Shown here: in pieces, positions 28,929 through 36,718 of the stretch
How the letters are laid out: every line of letters starts with the position of its first letter
Position numbering within the stretch: position 1 is the first letter of the stretch
Origin: Halobacterium bonnevillei
GTDB lineage: Archaea > Halobacteriota > Halobacteria > Halobacteriales > Halobacteriaceae
Assembly (NCBI RefSeq): GCF_009831555.1
Contig: NZ_WUUU01000002.1
Coordinates: forward strand, 14,430-54,429
DNA length: 40,000 nucleotides
Direction: 5' to 3'
Made by a program: the position numbers and the translations under genes
Notes under the pieces: model-generated
What the model was told of the DNA's origin: nothing
The model's database searches: none
What the model saw: the letters and a program-made list of their open reading frames with translations, nothing else

Positions 28929-29429
28929 TTAATCGTTCTGGTCGGCCGTGTCCTCAGTCAATTGCTCGACCCCGTACTGGAGCAGGTCGTCGCGCCACTG
29001 CTCGATCTCCCCGACCAAGTCCAACGGCTCGGTGTGTGCGCGAAGATACTCGACCGTCTCTTCTTCACTGACAGTCCGTTCGTCGGTGCCGAACTGCTTC
29101 AAAACCGACCTGATCTCGTCGTCGTACGCGAACCGGTGGCCGTTCAGGAAGTAAAAGACAGTTACCGTGTTCAGGGCGGTGCGCTTGTTCGCATCGACGA
29201 ACGGATGGTTGGCGACGAGCAGCCGCATCAGGTGATACGCTTTCTCGTGAATCGACTCCGGCGCTGCACCGAAGTGTCCCTCCTCGATGTACGTTAGCGC
29301 GAACTCGATATCACCCCGGTTCTGGACGCCAGACGGGGTGTCGGTGTACTCCGCGACGATGTCCTCGTGGATGGCGAGAACGTCCTCGACCGACGGATAC
29401 CACAGCGAGTCGCCCATTCGCTCCGACAT
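28929..29429 (-). CDS. doc: Fic/Doc-family death-on-curing toxin
   Basis: The core motif is HPFVDANKRTALN (HxFxDANKR, the Doc subtype of the Fic motif). The start is ATG 29429 (MSERMGDS...) or ATG 29417. The track ORF reaching 29528 extends into the repeat element. Confidence 0.85.
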   Translation of the reverse strand: MSERMGDSLWYPSVEDVLAIHEDIVAEYTDTPSGVQNRGDIEFALTYIEEGHFGAAPESIHEKAYHLMRLLVANHPFVDANKRTALNTVTVFYFLNGHRFAYDDEIRSVLKQFGTDERTVSEEETVEYLRAHTEPLDLVGEIEQWRDDLLQYGVEQLTEDTADQND

Positions 29430-29513
29430 CGAAACCCCACGGGCGTAGTCGTTTCGCTCAAGATGACTGGGAGTGGTGATGGCCACCATACTTGGATCAC
29501 AGATCCACGATAC

Positions 29514-29670
29514 CGAACGAAAGGACACACACTGCGTTCACCACCCTCTGAACCAACTGCTAACTGGCTGTTTCAAGCGAAAATCCCGTTACGGGCGCGA
29601 AAGGCGTTCGTTTCACTACCGAACGAATCGTCCGTTACGGCGTGAGACGGCAATTTTCGACCGTCTCAGT
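29514..29670 (+). repeat. Island repeat, copy A (about 155 nt), full-length; ends with the perfect 7-bp inverted repeat gagacgg(N10)ccgtctc
   Basis: Its 5' half matches copy B (cgaacgaaaggacacaca / aatcccgttacgggcgcgaaaggcgttc). Its 3' half matches copy C (ggcgttcgtttcactaccgaacgaatcgtccgttacggcgtgagacggc). Confidence 0.7.
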
Positions 29671-29906
29671 GGCGGTATTCGAGAGTACGCTGAATCGCTA
29701 AGTGGAGGTGGTAGCTGTACCACGGCGATGTGCAGTCCCTACAAATTCTGTCAAAGATGACGTGCTAAATACAGAGGGTGTATCCAGCAGTGGGTTCGAA
29801 TCTTGCCCGTACTCGATTCCGTCCGATACTCAGCTACTACTTCATTGTCGAACTCGCCACGGGTTTCTTCAAAAACACTTTCAAAATCCGCCTCACGGTC
29901 GAATTT

Positions 29907-30602
29907 ATGGTAAACCTTCCAGACTTCCGCTACTACACCGAGTGGCACTCCCACGCTAATCACAAGCACTACGACGCCCCCGCCGATCCCTGGACCCAGA
30001 TTTGCGTCGACCCAGCAACCCCCGACCGGTTCACTGTCGTCTCCCTGCTATGGGGGCTCGGTCGCGTGAGGGAGGGTACCTGGGACCGCCCCGAGAACTG
30101 CCGTCATCTGACTGACAACCGGATGTATGAGGGGCTTCGCCAGCACTTCAAGGAGGGCCGGGACTGGGAAGTGACGGCCTACCATGACTGGGTGGCGGAA
30201 TCCATCGAGGGCGAAGGCCATTTTCGAGGGTGCGAGGATCTTGAAACGGTCATCGAGGAGCACTATCCTGCTATTGACGAACTCTATGAGTGCATGCGTG
30301 AGGAGGGATACCGGGCCAACCACGGGAACGTCTACGACCATCCCGGGGGGATCGAAGGGGTTCACGAACTTGACCCGATGGTACTGGTCGGCAGAGCGGG
30401 CGAGGTAATTTGGACTGAAGGGTTTCACCGACTATACGTGGCACGATTCTTGGGGATTGACGAAATTCCGGTGTACGTGCTGCGCAGGCACGTAGAGTGG
30501 CAGCGGATCCGCGAACGGACCGACGCCGCCCCGGACGGCAAAGTGCCTGATGACCTCAGTGAGTACGCGAATCACCCGGATCTCCGGAATGTGGTCGGGT
30601 AA
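29907..30602 (+). CDS. ParB/Sulfiredoxin-like nuclease-domain protein
   Basis: GRAGEVIWTEGFHRLYVARFLGIDEIPVYVLRRH resembles the ParB N-terminal domain core (xGxHRxxAAxxLGxxxIPV). I take the ATG at 29907 as the start. The track ORF starts at 29778 in AT-rich sequence. Confidence 0.5.
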   Translation: MVNLPDFRYYTEWHSHANHKHYDAPADPWTQICVDPATPDRFTVVSLLWGLGRVREGTWDRPENCRHLTDNRMYEGLRQHFKEGRDWEVTAYHDWVAESIEGEGHFRGCEDLETVIEEHYPAIDELYECMREEGYRANHGNVYDHPGGIEGVHELDPMVLVGRAGEVIWTEGFHRLYVARFLGIDEIPVYVLRRHVEWQRIRERTDAAPDGKVPDDLSEYANHPDLRNVVG

Positions 30603-30841
30603 GGAGGATCCATCCCCTCACGCCCATGCAGACCCCTCACCGCCGTGTCGGATTTCTACCGGAACAGCTTGCAGTAAGGTAGATACACACACTCCCGTAG
30701 GTGGCTAGACACGAGCGTTTCGGGACGGTTCTGTCTCGCTACTTATAGTCCGATAACTGGATAGACTCGTACGCCGGTGTTGCTGAATCAGGTGTTTTGG
30801 CTACCGGTGGGTTTTCCTACTGTGTTCAAGAGGTACTGGGC

Positions 30842-31297
30842 ATGATTCGCGTGCCCAGTATCTCGGTTGTGCTGGTCATCATCCTCGTTGCCGGGTGTGC
30901 CGGTCTCGGCACAGAGAACCCAGCAGAACCACCTGCGGCGACGCCGACGGAGACAACCCGTACCGCCCACGAATGTGACACATTCGGGACGGGTGGCGTT
31001 GCGCCCCTCGGCGAGACGAACACCACCGTGACAACGGTTGGACAGGCGAATGCGTCGCTCCGCACGGTCGTTCTGGAACGGGCAGACCATCCATTCGATG
31101 TATCGGATCTCGAATACGTTCCACGGGACGAAATTGACGAGACGGGAGCAGTTCGCAACGAGCTCGAACGATACGACACGTGGTCGGCGAACACAACGCT
31201 GTACTACTTCTCACCAAGAAATACGACGGGACTCGACGAAATGCACGTCGTCACTGACGGTGGTGCTGTGTTCATTATCTATATCGGCGCCTGTTGA
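30842..31297 (+). CDS. Secreted lipoprotein (hypothetical)
   Basis: The ATG at 30842 gives MIRVPSISVVLVIILVAGCAG, a signal peptide plus lipobox. A Thr/Pro-rich linker follows. Confidence 0.6.
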   Translation: MIRVPSISVVLVIILVAGCAGLGTENPAEPPAATPTETTRTAHECDTFGTGGVAPLGETNTTVTTVGQANASLRTVVLERADHPFDVSDLEYVPRDEIDETGAVRNELERYDTWSANTTLYYFSPRNTTGLDEMHVVTDGGAVFIIYIGAC

Positions 31298-31585
31298 CAC
31301 CGAGCAATTCGTACCTGTAGCCGTGAGACGGCTAAATCCGGGGGACCAAGGTTCGCTTTCTAACTGGATGTTGGGTCGTTACGTACCGCTGAGCTACTCA
31401 CCGGTGGTTCCGATCCGCCGCTGGTATCTGTCAGTAACGCCGCGACCGATACAGGAGGTGTGTCCATCCCAGTCACCTGGTTTAGCCTCTCTCTGCTGGA
31501 CCAATTGCTCAATCTGTCCGTGATGACCGAGCCTGGACTGCTATTCCGCGAAGATTCTCGCTGGTGGTATTCACGCTGTCGGCCC

Positions 31586-32053
31586 CTACGCTCTGGAAGC
31601 GCGCCGCCGGACGCGGACCACGAACAGCCCACAAAAAATACCACCCGTGATCGTGAGGACGCCACTGAACAGTACTGAGAACACAGAGAACAGCAGCGGA
31701 GACTCGATCATGACGCGTAGTGCCGGCCACCCACCGGGCAAAAACAGCGGTCCCCCAAGTGTATACAACCCCCACGTCAGCGGATGCGCCAGCACGCCGA
31801 CGAGGAACCCGACTACGATAGCCCGTCGGTCAGTTAGACAGCAAGAACGCTCAACGAGGACCCACCAGAGTGTTCCGCCGAGCATCCCGGTCGCAACGAC
31901 CGTCGGCGGAACGAGCAACACGTCGAAACTACCCGCGGGGTTTCCGAGAACGTAGTTGATGATAGCGAGGCCGATACCCCAGCGGCAAGGGCACTCACCA
32001 CCGCCATCACACTTGCCCACTTCACACCTTCGCGCATACACGCTGCTTCGCAT
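31586..32053 (-). CDS. Hypothetical membrane protein (about 4 TM segments)
   Basis: The 155-aa product starts at an ATG and has clear hydrophobic segments (IGLAIINYVLG, VVATGMLGGTLWWVLV, IVVGFLVGVLAHPLTWGLY, LLFSVFSVLFSGVLTITGGIFCGLFVV). Confidence 0.45.
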   Translation of the reverse strand: MRSSVYARRCEVGKCDGGGECPCRWGIGLAIINYVLGNPAGSFDVLLVPPTVVATGMLGGTLWWVLVERSCCLTDRRAIVVGFLVGVLAHPLTWGLYTLGGPLFLPGGWPALRVMIESPLLFSVFSVLFSGVLTITGGIFCGLFVVRVRRRASRA

Positions 32054-32373
32054 CAGCTCGACTAAAGTTCAGGGTGCCCGGAGATGAGTCGCAGACGGTT
32101 ACTCTCTCAAGCAATCCACCTGTTCTCTGCCGATAGCTGCGGCAGACCACCTCTCGTGACCTTGTCGCTACCAGCCCTGAATAGAGGGACTCAATTGCGC
32201 CGTGCTAAATCCACCCAGTGCAAGATATACGCCCTCGAGCTCGCACGGCCACACGACCATCCGCTGATTTTGATAATGACACGGCAGTCAGTTTGCACAC
32301 CCACTCAGCGGTTGTTCCAATAACTGAAAGTCGAAAATCCGGGAGCTCTCATAGCTTCTCGTCTCACGCTCTT

Positions 32374-32547
32374 CGAACGAAAGGATACACAGTTCGATCA
32401 CCCCCGAGAGTCCCGGCAGTTTCGGGGGCTTACATCCTGAGAATCCGATACGGGCGCGAAGGGGTTCAGCCCGCAGCGGCGAAAAATTGGGGATTCACGG
32501 CCCGAGCGGGGTGAATCGTCGTCGTGTGGTTCGCAAGCGAGCGAACC
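32374..32547 (+). repeat. Island repeat, copy B (about 175 nt), abutting the integrase-1 start codon
   Basis: The blocks cgaacgaaaggatacaca...aatccgatacgggcgcgaaggggttc...gtgaatcgtcgtcg match copy A. The copy ends in the 7-bp stem ggttcgc(N6)gcgaacc, just before the ATG at 32548. An inverted gcgtgagacg motif lies immediately upstream (32360-32369). Confidence 0.65.
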
Positions 32548-33558
32548 ATGGAACTCGAACCAATCGACCCCGAAACGGCGCTCGAGTTGTACATCGCGGA
32601 GAAAGAAACAGCGGTCTCGGACGCGACAGTGTACTCGCACAAGTCGCGACTCGGCTTCTTCGTCGAGTGGTGCGAGGAACGCGACATCGAGAACCTCAAC
32701 GAGTTGACCGGCCGCCGTCTCCAGGAGTTCCGGCTTTGGCGGCGCAACGTCGGCGACCTCACGAAGGTCAGCGAGAAAACCCAGATGGACACCGTCCGTG
32801 TCTTCGTGAAGTGGCTGGAATCGGTCGACGCCGTCGAGCAAGACCTCCACCTGAAGGTCCGCTCACCGGACGTCACGCCCCGAGAGAACAGCCGCGACGT
32901 CATGCTCGACGTCGAGGACGCTGAGAAGGTGCTGGCGTATCTCGAACGTTACGACTACGCCTCGATCCGCCACGTCACCGCGACCATCCTCTGGCACACG
33001 ATGATTCGGATGGGCGCGGCGCGGAGTCTCGACGTTGAAGACTACGACCCCGAGGAGCAATCGCTTCGCCTCCGACACCGACCAGAGACCGACACTCCGC
33101 TCAAGAACAAACAGCGCGGCGAACGCATCATCGCGCTCTCCAGTGAGGTCTGTCTCGTCCTCGACGACTGGCTCCGGGAACAACGACCCGCACAGACCGA
33201 CGAGTACGGCCGACGCCCGCTTCTCACGACAAACTACGGGCGGGTGCATACAGGCACAATTCGACACTACTGCTACCAAGTCACCCGGCCATGCGAATAC
33301 GGACAAGAGTGCCCCCACGATCGCAGCCCGGATGACTGCGAGGCCACCGACGATTCCGACGCATCAAGGTGTCCGTCGAGCCTCAGCCCGCATCCGTTCC
33401 GCCGTGGCGCCATCACGCACTACCTCCACAGTGACGTTCCTGAGACCGCAGTCAGCGACCGTGCGAACGTGACCACTGACGTCATCGACCAGCACTACGA
33501 CCAGCGCTCACAGAAAGAGAAAATGGAGCAACGGCGGCAGTATCTAGACAAGTTGTAA
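32548..33558 (+). CDS. Tyrosine recombinase / phage-type integrase (int1)
   Basis: There is an N-terminal SAM-like core-binding region (ALELYIAEKE...KSRLGFFVEWC). The catalytic domain has RMGAAR, HPFRRG (HxxR) and IDQHY (Tyr nucleophile), with a four-Cys insertion upstream of HxxR. Confidence 0.9.
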   Translation: MELEPIDPETALELYIAEKETAVSDATVYSHKSRLGFFVEWCEERDIENLNELTGRRLQEFRLWRRNVGDLTKVSEKTQMDTVRVFVKWLESVDAVEQDLHLKVRSPDVTPRENSRDVMLDVEDAEKVLAYLERYDYASIRHVTATILWHTMIRMGAARSLDVEDYDPEEQSLRLRHRPETDTPLKNKQRGERIIALSSEVCLVLDDWLREQRPAQTDEYGRRPLLTTNYGRVHTGTIRHYCYQVTRPCEYGQECPHDRSPDDCEATDDSDASRCPSSLSPHPFRRGAITHYLHSDVPETAVSDRANVTTDVIDQHYDQRSQKEKMEQRRQYLDKL

Positions 33559-33815
33559 GGGTACTCAAAGAACTGTCTTGCTCTGACTACTATTTCAGCG
33601 AGCACGATCCCTCATCAGCCCGATACGGAGTGTCCCGAAAATCGAGAAGAAAGTCATCGCCTACATTACGTATTGAAGGGTGTAGGACGTGTATTCCCGC
33701 ACGATTGACAGACATCACTATATCAAACCCCAAAAGTACAGAAGACGAAAACAATCCCCTGCTAATTTTCCGGTAGATGGGTCCATCAGATCAGATTCAT
33801 ACTAGCCGAGAAGAT

Positions 33816-36635
33816 TTAATCGAGTTCGGGCATCTGATCTGTAATTCTGGAATCCTCAACCAAGACCAAGTCTTCCTCGCCAATTGAATACAGAACCTGA
33901 TCATCGGATTCCTGAATGATTTCCAGAGGCATGTAATAATACGACCCCACATTAAGTTCAGCCTCAGTATTAATGAGAATATGCCTTAGTCCTCGCCACC
34001 AGTGGATCCGAGCCGTGTAGACACCAGCAAGGTTCTTATCCTGAATAGATACCGCAAGTGGCGCATCCCCTACACTGCTACGAAGGAGTTCGAATACCCG
34101 CTCTCGAATTGATTCAAATGTATCCTGGTCTATATGCCCCGTATATGCGTGGTCGAGCTTGTTTCGCATATCAATCAAATTCGCGAACTCAGCGATATCT
34201 GCGGTTAGAATAGAATCCAATTCGTCCGTATTCTGTATTTCTGTGGCTGCATCAGACGTGAATATGCGTGAAAGCACGCCAATGCTGAGGTTTTCTTCGT
34301 CTTCATCTTCGGTCACCAATTCTGACCGCCAAGTGTCCCCCCAGTAGTGCTTCCCGTGGAATTCCACAAGTAACGCTAAATAAAACTCCAACAGTTCAGC
34401 GAGTAGCAGTGTTACACTCTTGTAATTGCCAGCAGTCGAGGCCTGTTCCAGCTGAATTTCTTCTACGCGAGATAGAACTGGGGAGGGGAGCCGCTCTCGC
34501 CAAAGCCGGTCAATCGAGATATCCTCAAGATACGTTTCTTGGACAAATTGCTGGTTTTGTCGAGGAGTAAATGAACGATTGATTGAGAGCTGGATGAGTG
34601 ATCGCAACAAATCTTCTGGAAGGTCCGTCTGGTTGAGACGCTGAAGGGCCAGCACAACGACAAACAGTTCAGTATAATCGTAATCAACCCCCAGAGGATG
34701 GGACGGCGTCTTATTCTGATTGGACGTTGTGAACTTCTCAAGGGCCCGCTTGGCATTCGTGACTTCGCCATTCTCGTAGCTCAGCAGGAGCTGGTTGAGA
34801 ATTCCTAAATCGAGGGCGTCCTGCTGCAGTTCGTCAGACTGTCGGTTAATCTCTCGAATCCGTTCAAGAGCAATTTCATAATTGCCATCGATTGTTTGGG
34901 CCTTGGCGCGACAGATTTGAGCGCGGATTTCGTGGACGTTTCGCTTCGATTTGTTGTAGTGGTCATTTTCCGAGATTTGGTCATGGGAGGCTGCGGCTTC
35001 AGTGAAATTGCCGTTAACTTCCTCAATCACCACTGATACCTCCTTCTTTTTATTGAGGGTGTTATCGCCCGCCCTCTCCAACCCGCCTTCTTTGAAGAGG
35101 CCAATTGCTTTACCTAATACCTCTTCAGCACGTTCGTATTCACCATTATTGAGGAACTTATCGGAGAGAATCCGGAACCGCTCTCCACCAATTGCTGATG
35201 TGATCCGTTGAATGCTGTCTTCACTTAGAGAGCCGAAGTCCTCGAACACCTGTCCGCGCTGCTTCAACAACTCAGCGGCGTCCTCACGGCGCCCTTCAGC
35301 AGTCAAGGTCCTCGCATCAGCCAAGGCCTTGTAGATTACCGGTGTTGTTAACCACTCAGGATACGCGTTTTCGTACTCTCCAGACACGTTAGTGGCTGTT
35401 TCAATTGCACGTTCCATCTCCCCACTGGCGTCATTGAGTTCCGTCTCATGATAGTGTAATAATCCCTTCCGGGTATGGTGATCAAATAGTGCGCGCTGAG
35501 AGATTGCAATATCTAATTCGTCATACCATGCGCCAGCGGCGGCATATAGCTGCGGTGTTATGTGATAGTATCCGTCGACGTCGTTATACGCCTCTGCCGT
35601 ATTGAACAAGAGATTGGCTACTGTGAACTTCAGGGAGCCAGTGCCGGGATTGGAGCCTGCGGACTTGACGATCTCGAACCAGTCAGCGGGGTTCGGTTCA
35701 TCCACAGCTTTCGCGTCTTTGACAGCATTCTGGAATTCGTCTTGATCAAACTCGGAGTCGATTTCATTCTTGAAGTACCGATCAAGTAGATTCTGTACCC
35801 CAGATTCGCTTTGGCGAAGGACTTCCTCGGCGAGCACGAGGTGAAATAACTTGTCGGTCATCACATCGTGATGGCTTTCAACTATGTTGAATTCAAAGAC
35901 CAGATCGATAATTTGGTCTGGTTCCTGTCGTTTGTGGAGTGCATCAACGGCATATTTGATTGAAAGGCTCGCATCGATTTGTGCACGATCATCTATAGAA
36001 GAGAACGCCTCAACAGTCGTTTCTAACGTAGATAGCTCCGAAATTTCATGGCGCCCGTCACAACACTCACCGAGAATTAAGCGCTTGAGGAGAGTCTCAA
36101 GGATATTATTCATTTCATTCCTGACCCTCGGATAAGAGGTGATGATTTTCTCCAAGGAAGACAGATACGTATCAAAAGGCACTAATTCACCCAGGGAGCA
36201 TGCGAAATCTACTAACGGCCAGATATCCGTATTTTCACGCCGATACGCCTGAACGCCTGTTTTAAATTCGGTGGGATTGAATACGTCATCTTGGAGAATC
36301 TCGTTGCCCAGAGACAGCAACCGGGTATCAGCGATATCGACGCAGTAGGCCTCTTCACCACTGTCAAGACGAATCGAAATCGAGGAGCAATCAGGAGGTA
36401 AGTAAAGCTCAAATTCAAACCGGTCGGCAGAGGTTTCAATAATTGATCGGGAAACGCGGATTCCGTCTCCCCCCTCAATATGTAATTTCTCACCGCGTAA
36501 TTTCGAAGGGAGATCGGTGAGTTCGAGAGTCGCATCAAGATATCGCCCCGCGTCAGACTCTCCAATATAATACTCGACGAAGAACATGCCAGAAAGCCCT
36601 AATTCATCTGTAGAAAACTTCCGTGAATACTCCAT
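33816..36635 (-). CDS. Large (939-aa) protein: unknown N-terminal domain, TPR-like helical repeats, C-terminal Swt1-like HEPN domain (RNKLDH), small C-terminal beta-rich tail
   Basis: I take the ATG at 36635 (MEYSRKFSTDE...) as the start, because the 99 codons upstream in the track ORF overlap int2 in another frame and are Arg/Pro-rich. TPR-like G-x-[YF]-x-x-A repeats are present (GEYERAEEVLGKAIGLF, GNFTEAAASH, GNYEIALERIREI, GEVTNAKRALEKF). The Rx4H motif MRNKLDH is encoded at 34149-34169, preceded by NYKSVTLLLAELLEFYLALLV...HYWGDTW. Four hand-counted 60-nt lines gave 30-31 G+C each, against 39/60 for a line in int2. Confidence 0.8.
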   Translation of the reverse strand: MEYSRKFSTDELGLSGMFFVEYYIGESDAGRYLDATLELTDLPSKLRGEKLHIEGGDGIRVSRSIIETSADRFEFELYLPPDCSSISIRLDSGEEAYCVDIADTRLLSLGNEILQDDVFNPTEFKTGVQAYRRENTDIWPLVDFACSLGELVPFDTYLSSLEKIITSYPRVRNEMNNILETLLKRLILGECCDGRHEISELSTLETTVEAFSSIDDRAQIDASLSIKYAVDALHKRQEPDQIIDLVFEFNIVESHHDVMTDKLFHLVLAEEVLRQSESGVQNLLDRYFKNEIDSEFDQDEFQNAVKDAKAVDEPNPADWFEIVKSAGSNPGTGSLKFTVANLLFNTAEAYNDVDGYYHITPQLYAAAGAWYDELDIAISQRALFDHHTRKGLLHYHETELNDASGEMERAIETATNVSGEYENAYPEWLTTPVIYKALADARTLTAEGRREDAAELLKQRGQVFEDFGSLSEDSIQRITSAIGGERFRILSDKFLNNGEYERAEEVLGKAIGLFKEGGLERAGDNTLNKKKEVSVVIEEVNGNFTEAAASHDQISENDHYNKSKRNVHEIRAQICRAKAQTIDGNYEIALERIREINRQSDELQQDALDLGILNQLLLSYENGEVTNAKRALEKFTTSNQNKTPSHPLGVDYDYTELFVVVLALQRLNQTDLPEDLLRSLIQLSINRSFTPRQNQQFVQETYLEDISIDRLWRERLPSPVLSRVEEIQLEQASTAGNYKSVTLLLAELLEFYLALLVEFHGKHYWGDTWRSELVTEDEDEENLSIGVLSRIFTSDAATEIQNTDELDSILTADIAEFANLIDMRNKLDHAYTGHIDQDTFESIRERVFELLRSSVGDAPLAVSIQDKNLAGVYTARIHWWRGLRHILINTEAELNVGSYYYMPLEIIQESDDQVLYSIGEEDLVLVEDSRITDQMPELD

Positions 36636-36718
36636 AGAACACCGCCCGTCTGTCAAAGCGATAAATGTTCCGCAGGCTCTATTTCTGAATCCGATTAATT
36701 GTGCGCCAGACCTCCCAG

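Noticed and set aside
33559-33815. Possible small antitoxin-like ORF (MNT or other) in the AT-rich spacer downstream of the HEPN gene
   Set aside because: Hand translation of both strands gave only ORFs of 22-41 aa, with no HTH, nucleotidyltransferase or RHH pattern and poor codon bias. No partner gene can be supported.
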